Notes: generated from the sequence alone by a model not told the origin. Positions 9,652 through 20,288 are shown, counted from the stretch's first letter. The stretch is 64,000 bases of DNA from a virus (IMGVR_UViG_3300026097_001223:32001-96000), one strand, 5' to 3'. Numbers and translations are program-made.

Positions 9652-10940
9652 TGGCAAATTACAATCCAAACAGTACCAACTACGAGCACAGTTTTGAACC
9701 AAACACTACCCAGCTCACAATGGCTATGGATTATAACAGTTTTGGTCAACCAATCGTCCGAACAGTATCATCTGGAAGTACAAGTCTCGACGCATTTGGC
9801 AGACAACAAGTAGCACAACCATTTACACTTTTTGATAGCAGTATGGTTGGCGAAGATAACGGCAAGTTTGACACTTCTACAGCTGGCGGAGCAAGTACAA
9901 CATATAATGTAAACGAAAGCAGTTTAAGTATGACTGTAGCCGGTACTGAAAATGATCAAGCAATAAGACAAAGCTACAGAACATTTCCTTATCAGCCTGG
10001 CAAAGCATTAGAAATTTTAAACACATTTTCAATGGCAACAGCCGCTACAGGTTTGCGTCAACGAGTAGGATACTTTACCACAAACAACGGTGTCTATTTT
10101 GAACAAGATGGCGATACAATCTATATGGTTTTACGCAGTTTTGTAACAGGTAGCATAGTCGAAACCCGTGTAGCTCAAGACTCGTGGAACGGTGACAAAC
10201 TAGACGGCACAGGAAGCAGTGGTATCGCGCTGGATATAACCAAAAGTAATATTTTCTATATTGATATGGAATGGCTTGGTGTTGGTAGTGTGCGTACCGG
10301 CTTCATTATTAATGGTACTATATTCATTGCTCACACATTTCACAACGCAAATATAACCAGTGACACTACCTACATGACCAGTGCTGAGCAGAGCATTCGT
10401 TATGAGATCACCAACACAGCTACTACAGGTACAAGTGCTACCATGAAACAAATTTGTAGCACAGTGATCAGCAGTGGTGGTTATCAAGGACGAAGCCAAA
10501 ATAAATTTGCTGGAAGAGGATTGTCATATTATACCTTAACCCCAGCATTTACATTTTATAATCTTGTTAGCATTAAATTACGCACAGCAGGCATCAACAA
10601 AATAGTTGTTCCAAATGGGTTAAACATTATCTCTGATAGTAATCAAAATGTACACTATAAACTTTTATTGAATGCTACAGCAAACACGGCACTTAGTTTC
10701 AGCAATGCTAGCACATTTGTAGAAAGCAGTACAACCAGTGCAAGCATAACCGGCGGAACACAACTAGGCGAAGGCTTTATCACAAACAAAGGCGAGCCAG
10801 TCAAACTAGAAGGCGAAGATCTATTCGCTTATCAATTGGGCAGAACCATCAGTGGTACCAGCGATATCTTAACCATTGCAGTAGCTGCCGATAGTAACAA
10901 TACCGATGTCGGCGGCGGAATTAGCTGGTACGAACTCTAA
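9651..10940 (+). CDS. Putative virion structural protein (beta-rich)
   Basis: 429 aa, Thr/Ser/Gly-rich, DAFGR...PFTLFD motif; located in a late cluster. Confidence 0.5.
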   Translation: MANYNPNSTNYEHSFEPNTTQLTMAMDYNSFGQPIVRTVSSGSTSLDAFGRQQVAQPFTLFDSSMVGEDNGKFDTSTAGGASTTYNVNESSLSMTVAGTENDQAIRQSYRTFPYQPGKALEILNTFSMATAATGLRQRVGYFTTNNGVYFEQDGDTIYMVLRSFVTGSIVETRVAQDSWNGDKLDGTGSSGIALDITKSNIFYIDMEWLGVGSVRTGFIINGTIFIAHTFHNANITSDTTYMTSAEQSIRYEITNTATTGTSATMKQICSTVISSGGYQGRSQNKFAGRGLSYYTLTPAFTFYNLVSIKLRTAGINKIVVPNGLNIISDSNQNVHYKLLLNATANTALSFSNASTFVESSTTSASITGGTQLGEGFITNKGEPVKLEGEDLFAYQLGRTISGTSDILTIAVAADSNNTDVGGGISWYEL

Positions 10941-10946
10941 TAAATA
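10941..10946 (+). promoter_or_regulatory. Late promoter core TAAATA (radical SAM-SGNH-terminase unit)
   Basis: Directly after the stop codon of 9651-10940. Confidence 0.55.
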
Positions 10947-11003
10947 CTCCTATAATACTACAATAAAAACAATACATCAGTCATAAACAACGTAAGTAGT
11001 AGT

Positions 11004-12164
11004 ATGGAAAAAACCTACTGCGCAGCTCCATGGCGAGGACTGCATATCAATTTTCGTGGAGACGTAAAAACCTGTTGTGCAGGTGATCCCAACATGCTTG
11101 GCGATTTAAACAGCAAAAGCATCGACGAAATACTGCAAAGCGACACAATGAAAGAAATTCGTGCTACCTTACAACAGGGCAAAATGCATGAAGATTACTG
11201 CTATAACTGTATCAGTGCGGAGCGTTATGGACGCAGTGAAAGACATTGGCACAATGACGTCAATCCTGATTTTGATTCAGCCTCAGCGAGTTTAGAAGAA
11301 CACTCGCCTAGTATCATTGATGTACGCTGGAATATCACCTGTAACCTAGCCTGTAACTATTGTGGACCTTACTGTAGCAGCAAGTGGGCTGCTATAGCAA
11401 AAGGCAAAGAAGAATTACTAACCATTGAGCAAAAACACGACGGGGTTAAACCATATGTTCAACAGGTGTGTGAATATGTTGAAGAGAAAAAACACAGCGT
11501 GAGAGAAGTAGCACTGGTGGGCGGCGAACCCTTGTTGCTAAAAGAAAATCATTATCTACTTGATGTAATACCAGATGATTGTATCGTAACACTGATTACA
11601 AACACCAGTGTAGAGTTCGAAAAAAATGCCATTGTAAGCAAACTGATGCAGAGACAAAAAGTCAGCTGGAGCATGAGCTTTGACAACGTAGGCGATAGAT
11701 TTGAATATGTACGCTACGGAGCCAATTGGGATCTGCTTGATCATAATGTTAGATTAATAAACAGTTGGAAGGATCGCGGACACTGGAACGGCATTCACGC
11801 TGTATATAATCTGTACAACTGTACAAGACTGCGAGAACTACGCAACTATGCAGACAGCATAGGCACTAAAATACTGTGGCAAACACTGTATCAGCCAGAC
11901 TACCTTGATCCTACAAAACATGATTTAAAAACACGTGAACTGGCGATAGAGGAAATAGATGCATACAGTCGAGATTACGATTTATCTGATCATGAAAAAA
12001 GTTTCTTTTCACTAGCAAAGCAAAATCTCAGCACTATTGCATCGGATGCAGAACCACTGACCGAGCGATTTAAAAAGCACATACACGAAATGGAACATCT
12101 ATTTCACAAAGACCGTCAGACTAGTTTTGTTAATCTCTGGCCAGAGTTGAGCCATTTATGTTGA
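11004..12164 (+). CDS. Radical SAM protein with an N-terminal SPASM/Twitch-like Cys cluster
   Basis: CNLACNYC (Cx3Cx2C) and GGEP; N-terminal CAAPW...GDVKTCC...CYNC. Confidence 0.9.
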   Translation: MEKTYCAAPWRGLHINFRGDVKTCCAGDPNMLGDLNSKSIDEILQSDTMKEIRATLQQGKMHEDYCYNCISAERYGRSERHWHNDVNPDFDSASASLEEHSPSIIDVRWNITCNLACNYCGPYCSSKWAAIAKGKEELLTIEQKHDGVKPYVQQVCEYVEEKKHSVREVALVGGEPLLLKENHYLLDVIPDDCIVTLITNTSVEFEKNAIVSKLMQRQKVSWSMSFDNVGDRFEYVRYGANWDLLDHNVRLINSWKDRGHWNGIHAVYNLYNCTRLRELRNYADSIGTKILWQTLYQPDYLDPTKHDLKTRELAIEEIDAYSRDYDLSDHEKSFFSLAKQNLSTIASDAEPLTERFKKHIHEMEHLFHKDRQTSFVNLWPELSHLC

Positions 12165-12928
12165 GCGATAATTTTAACAATGTACTAAGTATGACACAAG
12201 CAGGGTATAAAAACCAAACACTAACCTGGAAAGGCGAGGATGACAAAGATAATTTCAAACGGAATTGGAAAACTCAGCCCAAAAGAATGACATACCATAA
12301 TTGGACTGAATCTAGTGTAACCTACAAATTCAACAGCATAGGTTTTCGCAGCCCAGAAATACCACAGGATCAATCTTACTTTGCAGCATTTGGGTGCAGC
12401 TATACCGCAGGTGATAGCTTGCCATTTGATAAAATATATACCAGCGTAATAGGCAAACAACTAGACCTAGTTCCGGTTATGTTTGGCAACAGCGGAGGTA
12501 GTAATTGTTCTAGCACAAGACTTGCGTTCACATGGTTGCCCAAGCTTTGTCCAAAATTTGTGATCTATCAAAGCACATTTGATCAAAGATTTGAATGGAT
12601 AAAAATGAATGAAAAATACGGCAACGAATTTAAAGAAGCAATAACCTATGGTGTGGTAGCAGAAGGTGGCGGCACTCCTCCTCAGTTAAATAACAATGTG
12701 TTATATCAAGATTGGATTATGTGCGAAGAAAATAGAGAAATGGCCAAAATTAAAAATCTAGCTAGTGTTCGCTGGTTGTGCGCTGAACTTGATATACCTT
12801 TGTACGAAATCGACGTAACAGATTTTAAACACACTCATCCAGATGATTTTGCCAGAGATCTACTGCATCCTGGTCCAGGTGCCCATCAACTGGTTGCACA
12901 ACAACTACTAGAGAAAATCAATGAGTAA
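12158..12928 (+). CDS. SGNH/GDSL-like hypothetical protein
   Basis: FGCSYTAG block-I-like motif, GGSN, and C-terminal RDLLHPG (DxxH). Confidence 0.55.
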   Translation: MLSDNFNNVLSMTQAGYKNQTLTWKGEDDKDNFKRNWKTQPKRMTYHNWTESSVTYKFNSIGFRSPEIPQDQSYFAAFGCSYTAGDSLPFDKIYTSVIGKQLDLVPVMFGNSGGSNCSSTRLAFTWLPKLCPKFVIYQSTFDQRFEWIKMNEKYGNEFKEAITYGVVAEGGGTPPQLNNNVLYQDWIMCEENREMAKIKNLASVRWLCAELDIPLYEIDVTDFKHTHPDDFARDLLHPGPGAHQLVAQQLLEKINE

Positions 12929-14471
12929 AAGTCTTGATGGCGTACTAGTAAAATCGCCACACAAAAAGTATGATTACACCGAAAAAGATCTAGAAGAATT
13001 TGCACGATGTGCTGACCCAAACACTGGTGCTGAATATTTTTTAGAGAACTTTTTTCAAATTCAGCATCCTACCCTAGGACAGATGCAGTATCAGCCCTAT
13101 GAGTACCAAAAACGTCTAATTGCAACATATCACACTTATAGATTCAGTATCAGCATGTTACCTAGGCAGACCGGTAAGTCAACCACAGCCGCTGGATACC
13201 TACTTTGGTATGCTATGTTTAAACCAGACAGCACGATTCTTATTGCCGCACACAAGTACAGTGGAGCACAAGAAATCATGCAAAGACTGCGCTATGCCTA
13301 TGAAGCATGCCCTGACCACATTCGAGCAGGAGTAGTAAGCTACAATAAAGGCAGTGTGGAGTTTGACAACGGAAGTCGCATTGTCAGTCAAGCAACCACA
13401 GAAAACACTGGACGTGGTATGAGTATCTCGCTGTTGTACTCAGACGAGTTTGCATTTGTACGACCTACCATTGCCAAAGAATTTTGGACTAGTATTTCGC
13501 CTACACTAGCCACTGGTGGTAAAGCTATTATTACAAGCACACCAAACAGTGACGAAGATCAGTTTGCACTGATATGGAAAGGCGCCAATAAAACTTTTGA
13601 CGAAAATGGAAACGAAACTGAAGTAGGAATCAATGGATTCAAAGCGTTTAGAAGCTATTGGAACGAACATCCGGACAGAGATGAACAATGGGCAAACGAG
13701 CAACGGGCTGCATTAGGTGTTGAACGTTTTAGACGAGAAATGGACTGTGAGTTTATCATCAATGATGAAACACTGATTGCACCAACCACGCTTATTGATA
13801 TGGAAGGTGTAGACCCACTTCGTAAAACAGGCCAGGTTCGATGGTATAAAAGACCTGAGAAAAATCGAATTTATGCCATTGGGCTTGATCCAAGTCTTGG
13901 CACCGGAGGTGATCCTGCGGCAATACAGGTATGGGAAGCAAACACCCTAGAACAAGTTGCCGAATGGCGAGATAACAAAACACCAATACCAGGACAAATA
14001 CGTGTGTTAACTGACATTGTAAAAGAAATCTTTGAAATTGTAGAAGATGATACAACAATCTATTACAGTGTGGAAAACAACAGCATAGGAGAAGCCGCAT
14101 TGATCAGCATCAATGAGTACGGTGAAAACAATATCAAGGGATATTTTCTCAGCGAAGCCAAAGGCAAACGCAAAGGATTTAACACCAGTAACAAGCCAAA
14201 ACTACAGGCTTGCAGTAAATTTAAAAATCTAGTAGAACGCAAAAGAATGACCATCAGTAGCAAGCCGTTGATCAGTGAATTAAAAAACTTTGTAGCACAC
14301 GGTGCTAGTTATGCCGCTAAACCTGGGGAAACAGACGACCTGGTGATGAGTACACTGTTGGTAATACGCATGTTGCAAGAGCTGCAAAATTATCATCAAG
14401 AACTAGATGACACTGTAAAAGACCACGATGACGTAGACATAGAACCTATGCCGTTCATTGCAATGTTCTAA
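12921..14471 (+). CDS. gp17: Terminase large subunit (T4 gp17-like)
   Basis: Walker A PRQTGKST, LYSDEFAF (Walker B), ITSTPN, nuclease GLDPSLG and C-terminal DDLVM. Confidence 0.95.
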   Translation: MSKSLDGVLVKSPHKKYDYTEKDLEEFARCADPNTGAEYFLENFFQIQHPTLGQMQYQPYEYQKRLIATYHTYRFSISMLPRQTGKSTTAAGYLLWYAMFKPDSTILIAAHKYSGAQEIMQRLRYAYEACPDHIRAGVVSYNKGSVEFDNGSRIVSQATTENTGRGMSISLLYSDEFAFVRPTIAKEFWTSISPTLATGGKAIITSTPNSDEDQFALIWKGANKTFDENGNETEVGINGFKAFRSYWNEHPDRDEQWANEQRAALGVERFRREMDCEFIINDETLIAPTTLIDMEGVDPLRKTGQVRWYKRPEKNRIYAIGLDPSLGTGGDPAAIQVWEANTLEQVAEWRDNKTPIPGQIRVLTDIVKEIFEIVEDDTTIYYSVENNSIGEAALISINEYGENNIKGYFLSEAKGKRKGFNTSNKPKLQACSKFKNLVERKRMTISSKPLISELKNFVAHGASYAAKPGETDDLVMSTLLVIRMLQELQNYHQELDDTVKDHDDVDIEPMPFIAMF

Positions 14472-14477
14472 TAAATA
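14472..14477 (+). promoter_or_regulatory. Late promoter TAAATA, 5 nt before ATG
   Basis: TAAATA-CACAT-ATG(14483), no SD. Confidence 0.65.
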
Positions 14478-14482
14478 CACAT

Positions 14483-15700
14483 ATGAAAAATTCTGAAAGC
14501 ACCTCTAAAACACTCTACGATCTATTGGTAAGTCGTAATTTTGATCCTGACATACTGGACAGTCGTGGACAGTCTATCACTGATGTTAACCAAGGAGAAA
14601 TATTCTCTTTTGACTTTGTGTCTGACGGTAAAAACTATGGCACGGTGGTTATTACACTCAGTGGTGACAATCAATTTGAGGTGTACTACGGCGACAACCT
14701 AGGCCGGGGCATGGATAAAGAACATCGCAGTGACTGGTACAAGTTTTTACAGCACTTGAAAAGTTTTGCTGCTCGTAACATGATGCAGTTTAATCTACGT
14801 GATTTTACCAAGCTTAAACACAGCATGCGTACAATAAACAGTGTTAACGAAAGCGTGTTTGAAGGCTATTACGGTGGTAAACGCACCAGTTATAACAAAG
14901 CTGCTGAAGGTGCTAAACTGAAAATTCGTCACAGCAAAAAACTGGAAGACAGTGATCCTCGCTATAGATTTGTAGAAGAGCTGTTTGTAGAAACACCGAG
15001 CGGCGAACGTTTTAAGTTGCCTTTTAAAAATCTCAATGCTGGTAAAGCCATGGCAAGACACGTCAGCGAAGGTGGAACACCCTATGATTCGTTTGGACAG
15101 CATATACATTCGATGGTCAAAGAAATGAACAGCATAACACATTTTGTTCGTAAACACAGTCGCAATCTTGAGGAAGACGTGGTAAATCTTGTAGATGATG
15201 CTAAGTCACGCAGGCACAGCATTAAAAAAACACTGAAGAGTCTGAACAGCAAACGAGGATATGCAAAATATCACGAAAGTTGGAACCCAGAAGACACTGG
15301 CAGTATAGTAGAGCGTATGGAAACTTTTGAAGCCAACTATGCTCCGATAGAAGATGCTGTACAGGTTTTTGAAAATTGGATAGTAGCAGAATCATTGAGC
15401 ACTATTCAAAAGCGCGAACTAGGCAAGTTAATCGATCAAGGACTTCGTGCAGGTGTAGATGGACTAGAAGCAAACTCCGAGCTTGACGCTGTCATTCAAG
15501 ATGAAGAACTGGACGATCTTGTAGCCAAAGTAGGTGATCAGGATCCAGAAGCCAATGTGTTTGATGATCCTGCTGTGAGAGGCAGATTAGAAGAACTTGG
15601 CTTGATAGCTATCAAAGAAATCAACGACACTGACACTGGCACACGAACGCTCAAGGCTGCTCGTGATCCTATGCTGGAAGATATCCTAAAACTTCTCTAA
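14483..15700 (+). CDS. Hypothetical protein (possibly head-related)
   Basis: 405-aa ORF between the terminase and SSB genes; no motif recognised. Confidence 0.6.
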   Translation: MKNSESTSKTLYDLLVSRNFDPDILDSRGQSITDVNQGEIFSFDFVSDGKNYGTVVITLSGDNQFEVYYGDNLGRGMDKEHRSDWYKFLQHLKSFAARNMMQFNLRDFTKLKHSMRTINSVNESVFEGYYGGKRTSYNKAAEGAKLKIRHSKKLEDSDPRYRFVEELFVETPSGERFKLPFKNLNAGKAMARHVSEGGTPYDSFGQHIHSMVKEMNSITHFVRKHSRNLEEDVVNLVDDAKSRRHSIKKTLKSLNSKRGYAKYHESWNPEDTGSIVERMETFEANYAPIEDAVQVFENWIVAESLSTIQKRELGKLIDQGLRAGVDGLEANSELDAVIQDEELDDLVAKVGDQDPEANVFDDPAVRGRLEELGLIAIKEINDTDTGTRTLKAARDPMLEDILKLL

Positions 15701-15716
15701 AATTCTACCTTTTTGT

Positions 15717-15745
15717 TCGACAGACTAAATACCTTTGCGTATACT
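15717..15745 (+). promoter_or_regulatory. Overlapping sigma70-like promoter (TCGACA-N17-TATACT) and late TAAATA (15726-15731) upstream of gene 32
   Basis: Both motifs read directly from the intergenic region. Confidence 0.6.
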
Positions 15746-15810
15746 TAACAGTATATGCACAGGCATATTATTAGGCAATATAGAAGCAAAGGCAACAAAA
15801 GGAAAAAGCA

Positions 15811-16800
15811 ATGGCAAAACCATCTTTAGCAGAAATCCGTGCACGTCTCCAGGCCCAGGAGAACAAGCAAGGCGGAAACACTTCGGGCGGCGATAACGCA
15901 ATCTATCCACACTGGAACATGGCAGAAGGCAGTAACACTACACTGCGTTTCCTTCCAGACGATAATCCAGAAAACACATTCTTTTGGGCAGAACGTGCAA
16001 TGATCAAACTGCCATTCGCTGGTGTAAAAGGCGACATGGACAGTAAAAATGTTCTTGTACAAGTACCCTGTGTTGAAATGTGGAATGAAACATGTCCTAT
16101 CTTGCAAGAGGTACGCACATGGTTCAAAGACAGCTCATTGGAAGAAATGGGTCGTCGCTATTGGAAAAAGCGTAGTTATATTTTCCAAGGGTTTGTGCGT
16201 GAAAATGCACTAGCAGATGACGACACACCAGAAAATCCAATTCGTCGTTTTATTATTGGGCCGCAGATCTTTCAGATCATCAAGGCAGCACTGATGGATC
16301 CTGATCTTGAAGAATTGCCAACAGATTACGAAAATGGCTTGGACTTCCGCATTACCAAGACCTCAAAAGGCGGCTATGCAGACTACTCAACAAGTAAGTG
16401 GGCTCGTAAAGAATCACCGCTAACTGAACAAGAGCTTGCAGCAATTGAACAACATGGGTTGTACAATCTCAATGATTTCTTGCCTAAAAAGCCAACAGAC
16501 GTCGAGCTGAAAGTAATGCAAGAAATGTTCGAAGCAAGTGTGGACGGTCAAAGCTTTGACATGGAGCGTTGGGGACAATACTATCGTCCTGCTGGCATGT
16601 CAGCACCGGCGCAGAGTTCTGCACCAGCAGCAACAGCAGCGCCAAAGTCGGTACCTCTTCCAGAAACCACAGTCAAGGACGATGTACCATTTGAAACCAC
16701 AGAAACAGCAGCAGATGAGCCAGTTGAAACACCGTCGGGAGGTGGTTCACAGAGTGCTCAAGATATCTTGGCAAAGATTAGATCTCGTCAAAGCAGTTAA
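15811..16800 (+). CDS. gp32: Single-stranded DNA-binding protein (T4 gp32-like)
   Basis: LRFLPD, VPC.EMW...CP, KKRSY, G.DF.I.K.SKGGYADY motifs and an acidic tail ending ILAKIRSRQ. Confidence 0.9.
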   Translation: MAKPSLAEIRARLQAQENKQGGNTSGGDNAIYPHWNMAEGSNTTLRFLPDDNPENTFFWAERAMIKLPFAGVKGDMDSKNVLVQVPCVEMWNETCPILQEVRTWFKDSSLEEMGRRYWKKRSYIFQGFVRENALADDDTPENPIRRFIIGPQIFQIIKAALMDPDLEELPTDYENGLDFRITKTSKGGYADYSTSKWARKESPLTEQELAAIEQHGLYNLNDFLPKKPTDVELKVMQEMFEASVDGQSFDMERWGQYYRPAGMSAPAQSSAPAATAAPKSVPLPETTVKDDVPFETTETAADEPVETPSGGGSQSAQDILAKIRSRQSS

Positions 16801-17783
16801 TGTGGGATATTGATGTAAATCAATACGACTACTATATGAATCACCCAGGTCCAAGGCCTGGGTTGATTGTTCTTCGTGACTATATTAATGGGTTTGACAG
16901 CAGTCTCCGAAATCCATTATTAGATCATTTTCAAGCATTGCCTGGACCTCGCACCAGAGTGATCTGGGCAATGCCTTTTTTGCCCGCTGTAAGGCAAAAC
17001 TACCCAGAATTAGACTTAGTATGGGATCCAGATCTAGGTGAAGAATATCTTTATTCAGCACTGAAAACCTACACTGAACACCCAGAAATTGATCATAATA
17101 ATTTTTTGTGCAGTTTCAACGGCAGTGGGCATGTAGGAAGACGCATGCTGACCAGTGCGCTTAAACAAACTGGCATGTGGAACGATCGTACCTGCACTAA
17201 AAATTTCAAATACAGTCCTATCAGCATTGACGGGCATCTTAAAGATTACCTCAGTGACGATGAAACACGATTTTACAGGAAGTTTCTGGTGTCGCAGGAC
17301 GCTGATTTTTCTCACACAAACTATTCTATGTTTTCCTGGAATCAGGATAGATTTGCACATGCCAGCAACATAGAATATCTTGCGCCTGTTATTACCAACA
17401 GTTTTGTTAATTTAGTGAGCGAAAGCTGGAGTCACAGCTATCAGCCTTTTATAACAGAAAAGTTTGTGTACAGCGTGATTACACGTGGATTGTTTGTTGC
17501 ATACGCTCAACCAGGTTGGCACAGTGTGCTCCGTGACTTGTACGGGTATAAACTATACAACTCAGTGTTTGACTACGAGTTTGACAAAGAATCGAACCCT
17601 GTGCGTAGATTGTATAAATTATTAATGATGTTAAAGCCATTTGAGTCATTGAGCAAAATCGATTGGCACGATTTACACTTAATGGAGCTGGATAATATAG
17701 AGTATAATATTCAGCACTTTCTAAGTGGGGATGCACATCAACAGTGTTTAAGGAGTGCAGAACAACAAAATGAATCTAGTTAG
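16800..17783 (+). CDS. GT-B-like (GT10/exostosin-like) putative glycosyltransferase
   Basis: LVSES...FITEKF, then F...G...L...Gy.l....FDY.FD; paralogous to 40284-41384. Confidence 0.45.
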   Translation: MWDIDVNQYDYYMNHPGPRPGLIVLRDYINGFDSSLRNPLLDHFQALPGPRTRVIWAMPFLPAVRQNYPELDLVWDPDLGEEYLYSALKTYTEHPEIDHNNFLCSFNGSGHVGRRMLTSALKQTGMWNDRTCTKNFKYSPISIDGHLKDYLSDDETRFYRKFLVSQDADFSHTNYSMFSWNQDRFAHASNIEYLAPVITNSFVNLVSESWSHSYQPFITEKFVYSVITRGLFVAYAQPGWHSVLRDLYGYKLYNSVFDYEFDKESNPVRRLYKLLMMLKPFESLSKIDWHDLHLMELDNIEYNIQHFLSGDAHQQCLRSAEQQNESS

Positions 17784-18522
17784 CGGGTGCAGTTATACTG
17801 AAGGCGCTAGTTGGCCTATTCAGTTGTTTGATAGATATACAAATCTTGGACGCAGAGCCGCCGGTAATAGATACATTGCTGACAGTGTGATCAGCACAGT
17901 GCTCACTGAAAAAATTAACAGTGTGTTTATACTATGGTCTGGGCTGAACAGGATGGATCTAGCATTACCGGAGCATGTTGATACCCAAGAAGTGTACACA
18001 ACATCTTTATGTCACAGTCAATATGTGCACATGCCCTACAAGCCGTTTCCAGCAGAAAACTATCAAAGAATAAAAGGTCCAAACTGGCCGGAGTTGTCTA
18101 AATTTGCTGAATGGCAAAAGTTACCTGCAATGAAAAAGAACGAATCCATAGTACGTGGTATGTTTAACACTGGACACAGTGCGGAGCAGTTGGCATTAGA
18201 AACACACGACCGATCAGCTAACGCACACTGGTGTACACAAACACTTTTATCCATGATCAGTGTACAGCACGTGTTAGATGCTATGAACGTAGACTATCGA
18301 TTTTCGTTTATTGCTGATGTACACGATAAACAAAATCAACAACAATTTGGGTGGCTTGACACAGAACACAAACTTTATACCAGCATAGACTGGTCTAGGT
18401 ATATTAATACTACTCCATTTGAATATGGTGTAAAGCACAACGGGCTGATGTTGGACAATTTTCATGTTGAGTCAGACTGCATGAATGCCTGGGCCAAAGA
18501 GGTAGTTGGTAAATGGCAGTGA
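17770..18522 (+). CDS. SGNH-like hypothetical protein
   Basis: VSGCSYTEG, AAGNRYI, WSGLNR and C-terminal DNFH. The ORF track starts at GTG 17755; ATG 17770 is preferred. Confidence 0.5.
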   Translation: MNLVSGCSYTEGASWPIQLFDRYTNLGRRAAGNRYIADSVISTVLTEKINSVFILWSGLNRMDLALPEHVDTQEVYTTSLCHSQYVHMPYKPFPAENYQRIKGPNWPELSKFAEWQKLPAMKKNESIVRGMFNTGHSAEQLALETHDRSANAHWCTQTLLSMISVQHVLDAMNVDYRFSFIADVHDKQNQQQFGWLDTEHKLYTSIDWSRYINTTPFEYGVKHNGLMLDNFHVESDCMNAWAKEVVGKWQ

Positions 18523-19163
18523 ACTATATTTGGGTGATGTTTGTACCAGGAGCAGCCGGTAATTTCTTATCCAGGTGTTTGCAATTTGCCGAAGACACAG
18601 TTTGTTTTGCAGATAAAACTCATGGCGTACCGCAGACGCTAGAGGATAAATGGAAGCTGTTAAATTACAACACTGTAGTCGACAGTGAATTTCAAACCAG
18701 AGATTGGAAACAGTTTGAATCATGCTCGACTCCTTATCGTAACTGGTCCATGGATGTCAGCGAACAAAATAGAGTTTGGTACAGTCACCCAGATAGATCT
18801 GTGCTTGAACAAGGATTCGTAGAAAAAACTGATACACAAACTGTGGTATACATTGATCCTGAGGACCAACTGGAATGGTGCTTGATGAATGCGCTATACA
18901 AAAACAGTTACATCGTAGTTGATTGGCTGTTACAAGCTCAAGAGTTTGCTCAAGATCCAAGCAGCGTTGTTTTTCCTTTGAAGCACCTGAGAAGCATGGA
19001 TTTTATAATGCATTTCCAACAGTTAACAGATCAACTAGGATTGGTATACACAAACGACGGCATAAAATATGTAGAAAAATTACACACTCAATGGCTAACC
19101 ACAGTGTGCAAAGATATAGACGATTGGAAGAAACAATTAGGATTCAAGATTGACAACTCATAA
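18513..19163 (+). CDS. Hypothetical protein, possibly a degenerate sulfotransferase-like P-loop fold
   Basis: N-terminal IWVMFVPGAAGNFLSRCL resembles a PAPS/P-loop start. Confidence 0.4.
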   Translation: MAVNYIWVMFVPGAAGNFLSRCLQFAEDTVCFADKTHGVPQTLEDKWKLLNYNTVVDSEFQTRDWKQFESCSTPYRNWSMDVSEQNRVWYSHPDRSVLEQGFVEKTDTQTVVYIDPEDQLEWCLMNALYKNSYIVVDWLLQAQEFAQDPSSVVFPLKHLRSMDFIMHFQQLTDQLGLVYTNDGIKYVEKLHTQWLTTVCKDIDDWKKQLGFKIDNS

Positions 19164-19178
19164 AACGTTTGTTACACT
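19150..19178 (+). promoter_or_regulatory. Sigma70-like promoter for uvsX
   Basis: TTGACA-N17-TACACT, followed by SD AGGAGG before ATG 19203. Confidence 0.75.
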
Positions 19179-19202
19179 TGTTAAGATAAAGTAGGAGGCA
19201 AC

Positions 19203-20288
19203 ATGGCCAAACCATTTGATGTAAGTAAATTTAGAAAAGACATCACCAAGAGCATTGACGGACTTAGTATAGGATTCAATGATCCCACTGACTGGATCAG
19301 CACAGGAAACTATGCTTTGAACTATTTGATCTCAGGTGATTTCAATCGTGGCGTGCCTCTTGGTAAAGTCACAGTGTTTGCCGGTGAATCCGGTGCAGGC
19401 AAGAGCTATTTTGTGTCAGGAAATATTGCACGACATGCACAAGAACAAGGCATTTTCGTGGTAATGATCGACAGTGAAAACGCACTAGACGAAAGCTGGT
19501 TACAAGCATTAGGCGTAGACACCAGTGAAGACAAGTTGTTAAAACTAAGCATGGCAATGATCGATGATGTTGCTAAGACCATTTCGACTTTCATGAGTGA
19601 CTTTAAAAAGCTCGAAGCAGAAGATCGTCCCAAGGTTCTGTTTATCATTGACAGCCTGGGCATGCTATTAACACCCACAGATATCAATCAATTTGATTCA
19701 GGCGATCTCAAAGGTGATTTAGGTCGTAAGCCTAAAGCACTTACAGCACTTGTTCGTAACTGTGTAAACATGTTTGGTAGCTTCAACGTAGGCATGGTGT
19801 GTACTAACCATACATACGCAAGCCAAGACATGTTTGATCCAGATGACAAGATCTCAGGTGGACAAGGCTTTGTGTACGCTTCAAGTATTGTAGTAGCAAT
19901 GAAGAAGCTCAAGCTTAAAGAAGACGAGGATGGCAACAAAATATCTGATGTGCGCGGTATTCGTGCGGCTTGTAAGGTAATGAAAACACGCTACAGCAAG
20001 CCATTCGAAGGTGTACAAGTAAAAATCCCCTACGAGTCAGGTATGAATCCATACTCAGGATTGGTAGACATGGCTGAAAAGAAAGGACTATTGGTCAAGG
20101 ATGGCAATAGACTGCGTTATACTGCATCCAATGGTGAAGAAATCAAGCAATTCCGTAAAGCCTGGGAAGCAAACACCGACGGCTGTTTGGATCAGGTAAT
20201 GGTAGATTTTGCACAAAAAGATATAAGTAAATCTGACATGCTGGAGCCAGACGCTCCGGAAGAATCAGAGGAAACCATGAATGATTGA
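19203..20288 (+). CDS. uvsX: RecA-like recombinase (UvsX)
   Basis: Walker A GESGAGKS, IDSENA, IIDSLGML, NHTY and GGQG motifs. Confidence 0.95.
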   Translation: MAKPFDVSKFRKDITKSIDGLSIGFNDPTDWISTGNYALNYLISGDFNRGVPLGKVTVFAGESGAGKSYFVSGNIARHAQEQGIFVVMIDSENALDESWLQALGVDTSEDKLLKLSMAMIDDVAKTISTFMSDFKKLEAEDRPKVLFIIDSLGMLLTPTDINQFDSGDLKGDLGRKPKALTALVRNCVNMFGSFNVGMVCTNHTYASQDMFDPDDKISGGQGFVYASSIVVAMKKLKLKEDEDGNKISDVRGIRAACKVMKTRYSKPFEGVQVKIPYESGMNPYSGLVDMAEKKGLLVKDGNRLRYTASNGEEIKQFRKAWEANTDGCLDQVMVDFAQKDISKSDMLEPDAPEESEETMND

